Source of the DNA: Thermoproteota archaeon
GTDB lineage: Archaea; Korarchaeota; Korarchaeia; Korarchaeales; Korarchaeaceae
Reading direction: 5' to 3'
Length of the DNA stretch: 64,000 nt
Assembly: GCA_026986575.1 (NCBI GenBank)
Contig: JALSOH010000004.1
Location: forward strand, 576,001 to 640,000
Shown: positions 49,767 to 59,558 of the stretch, piece by piece
Position numbering within the stretch: position 1 is the stretch's first letter
How the letters are laid out: every line of letters starts with the position of its first letter
Position numbers and translations under genes: made by a program
Notes under the pieces: model-generated
The model's input: only the letters and a program-made list of their open reading frames with translations
What the model was told of the DNA's origin: nothing
The model's database searches: none

Positions 49767-52700
49767 TCATCCCCCCGAACCCGTTTTCTCCACCTTTATT
49801 TCACTCAATTCCACAATACCGTCACCATCATCCACCCACTTGAGAAGGGTCAATCTCTTATCGACCCCCCTATTGACTAACCAGAGCAGCCCCGCTCTAG
49901 TCCCGTACCTAGTTACCCCAGCGATCCTGTAGAAAGTGAAACCACCGCATTTTGTCCTCTCTATCAACGAGTAATCGATCTTACCGAAACTGGATATGTA
50001 GGTCCGATTTTCGACTCTGATACCCACAAACACGCCGTTATGCTTGATGAACTCAGTGCCTCCGCTTATAGACCAGCTTGGGTCCACGGCTGGACCACCT
50101 AGCCTGATGACCGCTCCGGATGAGGTGAAAGGAGCCTCCAATTTGGAGATCAGGTCGGCATTCATTGACCTATCTACCCCAAAAGCCGCGATATCTGCCC
50201 CCACAGGCTTAGAAGGACCACCTTCGTCCCCGACGAAGATGAGCAGGAAGGTCTCAGGGGTATTAATGTGACCAGACACGGGTTCCACCGCGAGCGAATC
50301 GAAGTAAAGCACCCATCCCTCTGATTGACTCACCTTCCCCTTCACATTCCCAACATTAACTAGGGAGAGTACCTCACACCCATTTCCGAATCTCTCCACT
50401 AGGACTCCCTCTGGAGCCTCCACGGCACCTCGAAGGAATCTGGACAAGGATTCAATATCGATCCTTCTACCGACTCTCAGCTCCTCAACTATCCTGCCTC
50501 TCTCATCAAGGACGCCAAGCTTCCCTACAACTAGGAGTTCGCCCCCATACGAGGCCAAGATTCCCCTAGCCTCGCTACTCAGGACCCTCAGCTCAGGAGC
50601 GATGAGTACATCGTACTGGGATAGCTCTGACTTGGAGGCCATTTCAATAGGGATCACGTCGAATTGAACGTGTTCCTCGGCTAGGACCCTGATTACCTCC
50701 CTGAAAGTCCTCATGTGAATTGTCCCCTCCACGTCGTAAGGGCCCGCTATGTAGGTGTCTACAAAGTCCCTCGTAAAGGAAGAGAAGAGCACTCCCACCC
50801 TGCTCCTCGTACTCCTCTTCACTCCCGAGAGCATCTTAACCAACCAGAAGGCCCGTTTCCTGAATTCAGCGCCCACACTTCCCGTCATCAGTCCGTTCGA
50901 GTTGGTCTCGAAGAAGCCGTTAGTTAGCGGGAGCAGGAGTCCGAGTTGCTTGGCGGAATCAGAAGCATCCCTCCCGTAGGTCAGAGGTATGATGATACCA
51001 TCTCGGACAGATCCTCTCTCATGCTTCAGCATCGCGTAAAAGTGGGCCCACTCCGAGAGAGTGGCATTGGAGAGACCCTCTTCCCAAGCTGGAGGGCCTA
51101 TCTCAGGAACGAGGACGATTGTCGGATTGTATCGCAGGAACACCGGATCGAATCCTAGCTCCGTAGCCCCAGCATCGCAGGCAGAACTCTCAACCAAGAG
51201 GGCCTTGCCGAGAGAGAAAGCCTCTTCGGCGACGGCGAGGACGAGGTCAAGCGCCATGTCGTGCCTCCATCTCAGCCACAGTGGGAACGAGGGATCGTCT
51301 GTGGAGCTCGGGGAAGACTCCCAATATTCCTCCTCGAATCCTTCCCTTCCCCAATCGGAAGCATCGGGCCACAGATCACTCATCTCCTCTGTCAAATACT
51401 CGGGGAGATGAGGAACATCTAGCCAAACACCGTCGGCCACTTCCAACAACTTCCTGACCCTGTCAATCAGGATTTCCCTATGTGGCGACAGGGGGGACAT
51501 CCAAAGATCGATTTCACCTCCCTCCACCCACGGAACATTCAGCTCCTCTCCGGTAACTACCAGCCTCCTTCCATCCAAGGAGACTTGGGCCCATTCCTCA
51601 TGGATAGGCTCGTCGCAAACGACCTCCAGAGCGGGAACGTAAACCACCACCCTCATACCCAAGGAGCGGGCCTCTCTGGTTATGGCTCTCACGGTCTCTA
51701 ATGCCTTGGAGAAGTCCCTATACAACATGTCACACGAACTGAGTCCTACATCCAGCTCCACCAAAGACACTCCCTGATCCTTCAGGGCAGAGATATCGAC
51801 ATCAGGAGATTCAGCGTACACTGAAACCACACGTGCTCCCTTCAACCAATTCGGGGCTTGATAATCCTTGACCCTTCTGAATTCATCGAATATGGCTCTC
51901 ATCAGCCCATATCTCTCCTCACCTACACCCTCCCAGAAGACGTATATGCCATCTGCTCCGGCGGATGCGATCCAAAAGGCCCTCTTCCTTGCTTCCTCCT
52001 CGCTCAACCCAGGCAGATCAGGCAAATACGTAGATGCCACTACCTTACTGGCTACCTGACGGGCCTTCCAAACGGTTTTGAAGTGCCTCAATCTGCTCTC
52101 ACTGGAAGGGATCATCACGTAGAGGGTTCCCGTTACTGCCGCTATACCGGAGAAGTCTATTCCATACGTCTCCAAGGGATCCCATATCAGGAGGTGAGGT
52201 CTCACCTCTATGCTAGGCCTCACCTCTCTTGCTGCCGAGGTGATAATCCTGATCAGCTCTGTAACCTGCTCGGCCCTCCACTTTACCCATTTCTCTCGTA
52301 TCTGGTCGTCCCCCTCGATGAACGATGCCCACTCCTCCGGAGAGTTTCCCTTTACCGTTACGCCGGTATCTCTCTCGAACGCTCTAACGGTAAACTCATC
52401 GTAGCTCGTCAGAAGGGATGTATTACTTCTCTCCAAGTAGACATCGGAGAACTGGAAGTTGTCGTTGATGTCAATGCCGTCGACGCCCAAGGCAGCCACT
52501 TCCCTCGCCACGCCTCTCAGTAGATCAATGCATTCCCTTTCCCTCACTATCCTCGATGGGGGGACTATTCTATGGAAGTAGTCGGCGGAGTAAAAATCGG
52601 AAGGTCTGCCGTTGGACAGAACGGCTATCCATTCCGGATGCTTCCTCAACCACACCTCGTGTGGGATATTTACCCATCCATAAACCCTCATTCCTAGCTT

Positions 52701-52988
52701 TCTCGCCTCCTCGATAGTTCTGAGAGTAGTATCTAGCATCTCGTCCCTTACTGGAAGCAAGTTAGATGGGTACAGGGCATACCCCTTTCCATCAACTAAA
52801 GTTACCAGTATGGCGTTGGCCCCCACATCCTTAAGTCTCCGGAGCGTTGGGGATGGATCGCAGGATGGGTCAGTGCAGGGATCATAGACCCCCAGCTCTA
52901 AACCCTCCACCTTGCTAGTGGAAATTCCGATCTGCACATGAAGGGCGAGCATGAGGAGAGCTAAGGTTAGAGCGCGTTTCGGGCTCAC
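49767..52988 (-). CDS. Secreted multidomain glycoside-hydrolase-like protein (two TIM barrels, GH42-like trimerisation domain, S-layer-like C-terminus)
   Basis: ARKLGMRVYGW..GVDGIDIND; ARSLGMRVVVY..ADGVWLDVP; YDVLIAP; LGGPAV..AGVTRYGT..WVDDGDG. Confidence 0.65.
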   Translation of the reverse strand: MSPKRALTLALLMLALHVQIGISTSKVEGLELGVYDPCTDPSCDPSPTLRRLKDVGANAILVTLVDGKGYALYPSNLLPVRDEMLDTTLRTIEEARKLGMRVYGWVNIPHEVWLRKHPEWIAVLSNGRPSDFYSADYFHRIVPPSRIVRERECIDLLRGVAREVAALGVDGIDINDNFQFSDVYLERSNTSLLTSYDEFTVRAFERDTGVTVKGNSPEEWASFIEGDDQIREKWVKWRAEQVTELIRIITSAAREVRPSIEVRPHLLIWDPLETYGIDFSGIAAVTGTLYVMIPSSESRLRHFKTVWKARQVASKVVASTYLPDLPGLSEEEARKRAFWIASAGADGIYVFWEGVGEERYGLMRAIFDEFRRVKDYQAPNWLKGARVVSVYAESPDVDISALKDQGVSLVELDVGLSSCDMLYRDFSKALETVRAITREARSLGMRVVVYVPALEVVCDEPIHEEWAQVSLDGRRLVVTGEELNVPWVEGGEIDLWMSPLSPHREILIDRVRKLLEVADGVWLDVPHLPEYLTEEMSDLWPDASDWGREGFEEEYWESSPSSTDDPSFPLWLRWRHDMALDLVLAVAEEAFSLGKALLVESSACDAGATELGFDPVFLRYNPTIVLVPEIGPPAWEEGLSNATLSEWAHFYAMLKHERGSVRDGIIIPLTYGRDASDSAKQLGLLLPLTNGFFETNSNGLMTGSVGAEFRKRAFWLVKMLSGVKRSTRSRVGVLFSSFTRDFVDTYIAGPYDVEGTIHMRTFREVIRVLAEEHVQFDVIPIEMASKSELSQYDVLIAPELRVLSSEARGILASYGGELLVVGKLGVLDERGRIVEELRVGRRIDIESLSRFLRGAVEAPEGVLVERFGNGCEVLSLVNVGNVKGKVSQSEGWVLYFDSLAVEPVSGHINTPETFLLIFVGDEGGPSKPVGADIAAFGVDRSMNADLISKLEAPFTSSGAVIRLGGPAVDPSWSISGGTEFIKHNGVFVGIRVENRTYISSFGKIDYSLIERTKCGGFTFYRIAGVTRYGTRAGLLWLVNRGVDKRLTLLKWVDDGDGIVELSEIKVEKTGSGG

Positions 52989-53065
52989 GGGCGGAGGTGC
53001 GTCATCATTTATATTAACGCGTTACTGGAGCGATATAACAATTGTAATTCAGCGGGGCGCGGAAC

Positions 53066-53764
53066 ATGCAGGCCCTGAGGGTTCCTAAAGAGAGTGGATT
53101 GTTATCTCTTTGGTTGGCTACCCTGATCTACGCCCTTCTAAAGGTCAGGACATGGAACTTCCTCGTCTTATCATCACTAGCTGGTTCAATAGCACTCCTC
53201 CTCATATCAGATGAGATCCTGAACCTAATAGCCAGTAAGAGGATCAAGAAACTTATTAAGCAGCTGTCAGTGGTCCTCATCTTCTATATCCCACTACTCT
53301 TAGTGTATCCAATGGTCCTCCTCTTAGGTCTCATTACGGTTCCCCTTGTCGCGATCATTTTCTTATCCACTTCTCCCAGTAGGGAGATCACCCATGGATC
53401 CACAATAGCGGGTTCCGCAGCCCTAGCAATGCACTCACCCATTTTGATAATCTCAGGAGGTGAACTCGATCTAGCCTATTTGCTCCTACCACCCCTCTAC
53501 TCGATCATGGCTACTAGTCACGCGTCGATAAGGGTCCTAGGTTGGGAATTAAAGGCCCTCCTCTCGGGAATAGTGGCTGGAGTAACACTTATCTCGATCA
53601 CTTTACCGTCTCCGAGCCTCGCGACTGTAATTCTAGTTGACATATCCAGCAGGCTGCTTCAGGAGATCACAGGACTATCTTCTAAGGTCAGGGTGAGAAC
53701 CTACGGATTCATCGAACTTGCAAGGTCCTGCCTCACGCTCGCTGTCTCGGCCATGATCGGTTGA
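53066..53764 (+). CDS. YwiC-like membrane protein
   Basis: VPKESGLLSLW start, many TM helices, GFIEL end. Confidence 0.5.
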   Translation: MQALRVPKESGLLSLWLATLIYALLKVRTWNFLVLSSLAGSIALLLISDEILNLIASKRIKKLIKQLSVVLIFYIPLLLVYPMVLLLGLITVPLVAIIFLSTSPSREITHGSTIAGSAALAMHSPILIISGGELDLAYLLLPPLYSIMATSHASIRVLGWELKALLSGIVAGVTLISITLPSPSLATVILVDISSRLLQEITGLSSKVRVRTYGFIELARSCLTLAVSAMIG

Positions 53765-53801
53765 GCGAAAGAAGGATAAGCTGTAAACAGGTGCTGTTTA
53801 T

Positions 53802-54530
53802 GTGATGTTCAGACGCCTTAGAGCATCGATCATCGTTCTCACTTTGGGGTACCTGTCAAACGGACTGATGTTCCTTTTGGGGTCTAGGAGAGAAGCTGAC
53901 ATAATTCTGCTGATCTCTCTAATTATCTCTCTGGCCCTCGCATCATCCGAGTGGAGTGGCGCACCCGCTTTATTCCTGTCTGGGTGCCTTGTGGGCTTCT
54001 TCATGGAGCTGATAGGAATTCATTGCGGGATTCCCTTCGGGGAGTACAGCTACCTTTCCTTCGAAGGGGCGAGTCTATGGGATGTGCCTATTCCTATAGC
54101 CCTGGCATGGGGCTTCTACCTTTACACGGCTTACCTCGCATCCCTCCCCATAGTTAAGAGAAACTGGAGGATCGCTTTCGCCTCCCTACTCATGGTGATA
54201 CTGGACATGGCCGTGGATCCAGTCATGGTAGAGCGTAGAGTATGGACATGGAAATCAGGCGGCCCGTGGTTTGGTATCCCGCTGTCGAACTTCCTAGGAT
54301 GGTTCGTCACGTCTGCTCTGGCCCTCAGCATATTCGAGCAATTGACTGGCTCATCACATCCCACATGGCGCTCTCGACAAGTCTACGCGCCGTATCTCGC
54401 TAGCTTCTTCCCCATAATGCTACTGTCTGGGTCGGAATCGATCTCTGCTGTGGTGATCTCTTTCTCTCTGGCTGTAATCCTGATGGTAGGGATGCATAAA
54501 ATCACTCAACGGGCCTTATCGCGCTCCTGA
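53802..54530 (+). CDS. CruF/DUF422-family carotenoid hydratase-like membrane protein
   Basis: ELIG..GIPFGEYSY, VPIPIALAW, DMAVDP, GIPLSNFLGW. Confidence 0.85.
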   Translation: MMFRRLRASIIVLTLGYLSNGLMFLLGSRREADIILLISLIISLALASSEWSGAPALFLSGCLVGFFMELIGIHCGIPFGEYSYLSFEGASLWDVPIPIALAWGFYLYTAYLASLPIVKRNWRIAFASLLMVILDMAVDPVMVERRVWTWKSGGPWFGIPLSNFLGWFVTSALALSIFEQLTGSSHPTWRSRQVYAPYLASFFPIMLLSGSESISAVVISFSLAVILMVGMHKITQRALSRS

Positions 54531-56145
54531 ACTTCGATATGAGCTTGTCAGACCCCATCACTATTCCCACCGAAAGCAGGATGACCGATATGAAGGATAA
54601 GGGATTGGAGAATGTTAGCACGATCCCCCTCCTGAAGAACTCGTCGGCAATGCTGAGCATGGGAAGAACTGTCATGTAAAGTATGAGCACTCTAAGCAGG
54701 ATGCTGAACGCGGAAGAGATGCCTAACTCGCTTATCCTCCTTATGTCACTGGCCATCCTCTGGAAGATTATGTAAATGGCCGCTATTATGGAAGAGAACA
54801 GGGCTATGAGTATAACTTGATGGAAACCCACCCTGAGGTTGAAGAGGAAGGACAGCACGTAGGTTATGCTGATTATCAGGGCCAGCTGGTAGACATGGTA
54901 CTTGAAGTCCACATCCGCTATGAGGTTGTTTATGAGGTCGCTAACCTCCTCGTGGACCTTCAGTATGCTATCCATCAGGGGCTTGGGTGTTTTCAGCATT
55001 ATCGCGTTCACTATGGCATCAACCCTCTTGCTGATCACATTGAGAAAGGTCAGGTTGAACGCGTAGGCGAACATTGCACCTAGAGCGAGCTCGGTAGGGA
55101 GTTCAACGCCCTGAGCTAGGAGAGTCGCCAGCACAAGCAAGCCGAACTCTCCTGTATTGGCCAGAACGAGGCTCAGCCTCATCCCCCTTATGAACTCCAG
55201 CCCGCTGAGGAAACTAGCCGCGAACAGGGCGATGGCCCTGAACACATAGGCTAATATGGCTAGGGTGAATCCTATCGAGGCCGCCTTCGCGTAAACCCAG
55301 AAGATCTCAGCCGTGGTTGTCTCCAAGACATGGACTTCGTAAGGCAACGTCATCACGAAGCCCATGAGGGCCAAGGTCATCAGCCCCTCGAGCACCTCGA
55401 ACACGGGCTTGTCCATTCCTTGTATGGCCATGGATATGGCTCCGATGAACACAACTAGGGCCTCCGGTAGGTGAAGGAACTCGGATATGGAGATGAGTAT
55501 TAGCATGTAGAGGAGGACCGTCAGCAGCTTGGTGCTCTCACCAGCCCCCCTCACTATCCTGTCTATCCACCTCGCCAAGATCACCGTTATAGCTAGGACC
55601 ACGATACTCCAAGCGATAAGCCCGTAGACTGCTTCTCTAGAAAGACCTTCCAGCCCCAAGGTGAAGTAACCCACCGATGCTAGGAACACGGCCAAGGAAT
55701 CCTCTAGGATCGAGATGGCTATCCCATAGTTGGCCAGCTCCCTATCTACGCTTTTACCGTACTCATACGCGAAGGCCTCATTGGATGCTATCATTATTGC
55801 CGTGAGTGTTAGGGCGCCGGCTGGGTTCATCACCGTCCTCAAGAACCCGTAAAGAGTGAGAAGGATAGAGGCCTCGAAGAAGATGAAGAGGAGGAGCCTT
55901 TCCTTCTCCTTCCTCATGAAATCCACGTCTAACTCTACACCAGCTATGAACACCAGCAGAGCGAGGGCGAAAGGACTCAAATTTACTAGGAGGGTTGGTA
56001 TCTCGAGACCGAGGGCCTTCCCCACCAAGGAGCCTATCATCAAGGCTGGTAGTATAACGACTGGCCTTATCCTGCTGTAGGCCACAGCTATCAGCGATAC
56101 CACAGCCAAGTACAGTATGTGGGGAAGGGCCACCTCGGTCAGCAA
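54502..56145 (-). CDS. Cation/proton antiporter (CPA2/Kef-like) with extra C-terminal TM helices
   Basis: LLVFIAGVELD, ISILED, TGEFGLLV; no KTN/RCK domain. Confidence 0.75.
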   Translation of the reverse strand: MLTEVALPHILYLAVVSLIAVAYSRIRPVVILPALMIGSLVGKALGLEIPTLLVNLSPFALALLVFIAGVELDVDFMRKEKERLLLFIFFEASILLTLYGFLRTVMNPAGALTLTAIMIASNEAFAYEYGKSVDRELANYGIAISILEDSLAVFLASVGYFTLGLEGLSREAVYGLIAWSIVVLAITVILARWIDRIVRGAGESTKLLTVLLYMLILISISEFLHLPEALVVFIGAISMAIQGMDKPVFEVLEGLMTLALMGFVMTLPYEVHVLETTTAEIFWVYAKAASIGFTLAILAYVFRAIALFAASFLSGLEFIRGMRLSLVLANTGEFGLLVLATLLAQGVELPTELALGAMFAYAFNLTFLNVISKRVDAIVNAIMLKTPKPLMDSILKVHEEVSDLINNLIADVDFKYHVYQLALIISITYVLSFLFNLRVGFHQVILIALFSSIIAAIYIIFQRMASDIRRISELGISSAFSILLRVLILYMTVLPMLSIADEFFRRGIVLTFSNPLSFISVILLSVGIVMGSDKLISKFRSAIRPVE

Positions 56146-56166
56146 TTTTTACTCCCGTCGATTCAG

Positions 56167-56751
56167 CTAGATGGTCGATAAATAATGGTTACCTAGTTCC
56201 ATGCAGAGATCTAAGTATGCCCTGTACTTGAGCGGTATGGACAGCGAGGCAGGCTCGCTATTAACCACGTTGGACACGGAAGCACCGGGAGGAGGCGCGA
56301 ATATGGCTGCCTTTGAGACCTCCAACTCAGCCCCAGCGAACTCCACGATGAACTTCAGTTCTTTGAGCTCTTCCATAAGGGGCTTGAGGACGCTCTCAAC
56401 AGACGCGCTTCTGAGAAGGATCCTAGCTCTGAGTTCACCCTCCTCGATCTCTAATCCGACTATCTCATCTCCTCTCCTTTTGGCCAGCGACTTTAGATCC
56501 TTGAGTCTTCCCCTTTCCACGGACAAATTTAGCTCGAAGGTACCGTCTTCCAGATCAGATTCTCCGAGCTCTCTCAGGAGACCGATTCCCTCATAGGAAG
56601 ATTTAGCCTCCTCGAGAGCCTCTTTCAACAGGTTTTCCATGAAACTTGGGCTGATCACTACTGTAACCCGCGCCGAGGTGAAGTTCACCACGACCTCTTC
56701 CACCTCCGGCCTTTCCCAAAGACTTCTCGCAACTGATAGCAACTCTCTCAT
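56167..56751 (-). CDS. Hypothetical protein, apparent paralog of 56748-57296
   Basis: ATGA overlap with upstream gene; shared residue pattern. Confidence 0.7.
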   Translation of the reverse strand: MRELLSVARSLWERPEVEEVVVNFTSARVTVVISPSFMENLLKEALEEAKSSYEGIGLLRELGESDLEDGTFELNLSVERGRLKDLKSLAKRRGDEIVGLEIEEGELRARILLRSASVESVLKPLMEELKELKFIVEFAGAELEVSKAAIFAPPPGASVSNVVNSEPASLSIPLKYRAYLDLCMELGNHYLSTI

Positions 56752-57296
56752 GAGACAACCCCCTCCTCCTCGCCCCCATGCTCGTGTTCATGCTCATGCT
56801 CGGGTGAACATTCCTCTGCAGTCGAAATGTACACGGAGACCTCAACACACTCCTTCGTGAGCTCGTAACCAATGAGGGAAAACGTCTTCACCTCAGGTGG
56901 GAGTACCTTGGATATCAGATAGGCCATATGGATTGAAAAGGCACTTAGAGATCCTTTGGGATATATAAGGGCACCGAATTTATCATCTTTCAGCTCTAAA
57001 GTACCTATTACATCCTCGCTCTTCTTGACCACCTCGACTAAATCATCTAGTGAGCTCGGATCACCCTCAACGTATATCCAAGCATCAACGCCCTCCTCAT
57101 CCATTCCCCCCTCGGAGACTTTCCCATATCTCTTCTCCGCGTTACTGTATGACTCTCGAAGCACCTCCTTCATGTGGGTGATCTCCTCTCTAGGGAAGCG
57201 GATGGTGACTATGAAGAGGTCTGGGTCCTCTGGATCCCTAGATACTTTAGTAACTGGAGCGATTCCCTTGATGGCCTCTAGTATTTTGAGAAGCAT
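56748..57296 (-). CDS. Hypothetical protein with Cys/His-rich C-terminus
   Basis: GGAGG SD before ATG 57296; ends CSPEHEHEHEHGGEEEGVVS. Confidence 0.7.
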   Translation of the reverse strand: MLLKILEAIKGIAPVTKVSRDPEDPDLFIVTIRFPREEITHMKEVLRESYSNAEKRYGKVSEGGMDEEGVDAWIYVEGDPSSLDDLVEVVKKSEDVIGTLELKDDKFGALIYPKGSLSAFSIHMAYLISKVLPPEVKTFSLIGYELTKECVEVSVYISTAEECSPEHEHEHEHGGEEEGVVS

Positions 57297-57393
57297 GGTC
57301 CATCCCTCCGGAGTGGCTGAACTTAAAAGTCCATCCACACATGGGAGCTGTATCAACCTTTAATATATCATGCATCAGACCTTCCGGGTGGAG

Positions 57394-57639
57394 ATGGCTA
57401 AGGTCGAGGTCTCTCAAGGAGTTTACGTAATATGCGAGATCAGGGAGGAGAACGGAGGTATCTTCCTCGAGTGCAGCCTTCGAAGACAGGGGAGACTGGG
57501 ATTGAAGCTTCACGAGAAGCTGAGGGACATGGAAGAGATCGAGGAGATAATGAAGAGACCTAGATGGCTGGGGGAGGAGTCCGATAGAGCTTTGAGAAGG
57601 GCGCTGTCCCTCCTACTTGGGAAGGTGAGGGAGAATTAG
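57394..57639 (+). CDS. Small hypothetical protein
   Basis: GGTGGAG SD; typical codon usage. Confidence 0.6.
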   Translation: MAKVEVSQGVYVICEIREENGGIFLECSLRRQGRLGLKLHEKLRDMEEIEEIMKRPRWLGEESDRALRRALSLLLGKVREN

Positions 57640-57679
57640 CCTCAATCTCACCAAGCTGGACGTTCTGGATAAAATAGAC

Positions 57680-57922
57680 ATGGTGTGCGTGGGCGCCGAG
57701 AGGGTGGACGAGTACGAGGCCGAGGGATTTCTCCTGAGGGATGAGGAGGAATACATGGTCATCATAGTGGAAAGGGAAAATTTAGAGGGAAGGTTCCCGG
57801 CCGTCTGGATAGGTAAATTCTCTAACTTGGACGAGGCCAAGAATGCGCTCAGGGACATGCTCTACAACTTGGGTAGGCTGAACGACAGGGGATTCGGCTG
57901 TCACGAGGCGCCTCTGACCTGA
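57680..57922 (+). CDS. Small hypothetical protein; start uncertain
   Basis: Typical codon usage; frame open back to 57629. Confidence 0.55.
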   Translation: MVCVGAERVDEYEAEGFLLRDEEEYMVIIVERENLEGRFPAVWIGKFSNLDEAKNALRDMLYNLGRLNDRGFGCHEAPLT

Positions 57923-58944
57923 TCACCTGTTTCCAGTGAAATTAGGGCAACTCCCCTCTCCTTGAACGGCCATGGAATGGCACTGACTCCTGTAGGCTTA
58001 CCGATCCTCTCGAAAGCCTCTTCTCCCTGCTTGCTCATCCAGAGATCGGGAGCTGACGGGTAAATCGCGTAGAATCTCAGGATCCTCCTCCTCAACTTAG
58101 CTCCAAGCAGTGAGATCTTCCTCCTCCTACTCCAATCCCTTAACTCGTTGGATAGCTGATCCAAGACCTCCTCAAGGGAGGAGATTCTCGGCAGCTTGGC
58201 GCGTAAGAGCCTTCTCATGATAAGATAGATCTTCACTCTCAGCTCCCCGTAAATCTCACCAACGTCTTGAGCAAACCTCAGCAACTCCAAGCTCTCGGAC
58301 TTGGGAACGGGGAGATAGACGCAGAGACCCTCCCTCAGACGCAACATCTTCGATGAGACCTCCTCAGGTACATCAGACGATCTAAGAGGGAGGAAACCCT
58401 TGGCCGTGCCGCCGTACCCGAAGGGATAGAGGACCAACTTCACCAGAGCATTCAAGCTCTTCCTGCTGAGAAGGGGTTCTAATCCCAGTGACATGAGGTA
58501 AAAGGCTTCTCTGGAGCTTGATCCCCATCTGCTCGCGTAGTCCCTCATGTATTCCAAATAAAGCTCCCTCATGTCTTTTATAGGGATCCCTTCTCCCCAT
58601 CCAATGCGGTTAAGGAGCATCCAAGCTAGGGAGAAGAGGACCACATCTCTGAGCGGAGAGACCGCGTACCCCCTACCGACACCGAGTGGGCGTGGGGCAA
58701 CAGGTTTGATCAGACCCTCCCTTCCCAGCCTCTCTATCCTCCGGATGTTACCCTCCAAGGGGACTATCGGGGGGCCAGAGAGTATGAGGGCCTCTGTCAG
58801 GGATGTCTCAATATTTGGGGTCCAGAGTATCCCCTCACCTATGTCAGGAGAGAAGTCTCGAGGTGAGACTTCTCCTCCCCTCAGCAGGCGCTCCATCAGC
58901 AGGGCTAGCCTCTCCACTCCCGTCTCCCGGGAGCGAGAGGTCAT
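57901..58944 (-). CDS. Hypothetical protein, possibly with winged-helix domains
   Basis: 347-aa ORF; RRIERLGREGLIKP..GYAVS resembles a wHTH wing. Confidence 0.6.
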   Translation of the reverse strand: MTSRSRETGVERLALLMERLLRGGEVSPRDFSPDIGEGILWTPNIETSLTEALILSGPPIVPLEGNIRRIERLGREGLIKPVAPRPLGVGRGYAVSPLRDVVLFSLAWMLLNRIGWGEGIPIKDMRELYLEYMRDYASRWGSSSREAFYLMSLGLEPLLSRKSLNALVKLVLYPFGYGGTAKGFLPLRSSDVPEEVSSKMLRLREGLCVYLPVPKSESLELLRFAQDVGEIYGELRVKIYLIMRRLLRAKLPRISSLEEVLDQLSNELRDWSRRRKISLLGAKLRRRILRFYAIYPSAPDLWMSKQGEEAFERIGKPTGVSAIPWPFKERGVALISLETGDQVRGAS

Positions 58945-58946
58945 GT

Positions 58947-59450
58947 TCAGCCACCCGCCGGGGTTCCCATTATAACCACAACGGGGCTAGGAGAGGAGAG
59001 TAAGGCATCCACTTGCTTCAATCCCTTCAGCAGAAAAGTATTGGCCGCCCTGTAGGTCCCGTATCTGTCATTGCCTGCCACGACGACCACGGGCTTCCTT
59101 CCAGGGCCTCTCTTGATGAAGTAGTAGGCGTAGTTCTTTCTCTCAAGTCTACTCTTCTCTTCAGGGGACAGAAGAGAAGAAGATATCTGGCCTATCCCCT
59201 CCGGAGCCTTATGCCCGCCCAACACTATAACGAACTGACCATATTCCAGCGCCTCACTGTACTCCTGTGGGGAGAAGATTCTCACCTCGAACCCCATGGC
59301 CTCCAGTACAGACTTCATACTCTCGGCAGTGGGCATGTCTATCGAGTTGGAGACTATGGCAACGGGTCCCGTGAGAGAAGAAGCTTGGATCAGGGCGAGG
59401 GACTGGGATAGGAGGATCGCGAGGGCCATCAACGCGAAGAGGTTTCTCAT
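58947..59450 (-). CDS. Secreted stand-alone S-layer/CWB2-like domain protein
   Basis: Signal peptide; VIVLGGHKAP, VAGNDRYGT; similar to the N-terminal domain of 39548-40642. Confidence 0.72.
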   Translation of the reverse strand: MRNLFALMALAILLSQSLALIQASSLTGPVAIVSNSIDMPTAESMKSVLEAMGFEVRIFSPQEYSEALEYGQFVIVLGGHKAPEGIGQISSSLLSPEEKSRLERKNYAYYFIKRGPGRKPVVVVAGNDRYGTYRAANTFLLKGLKQVDALLSSPSPVVVIMGTPAGG

Positions 59451-59558
59451 CGTTGATGAAAGTGAAGAGAGCCCTATTAAAGGTTTACCTGTCATTCGCA
59501 TTCATTACGATCGACAGAGCCCCCAGAAAACGTTAAATGTCCTCCTCGGGAGTTGAAT

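Noticed and set aside
52985-53010. Minus-strand ATGATGA followed by GCACCTCC, complementary to 16S GGAGGUGC
   Set aside because: Lies between the TATA box and start of the hydrolase gene; no D box; only an 8-nt match
56775-56800. CATGCT short tandem repeat
   Set aside because: Encodes the HEHEHEH tract; not a separate element
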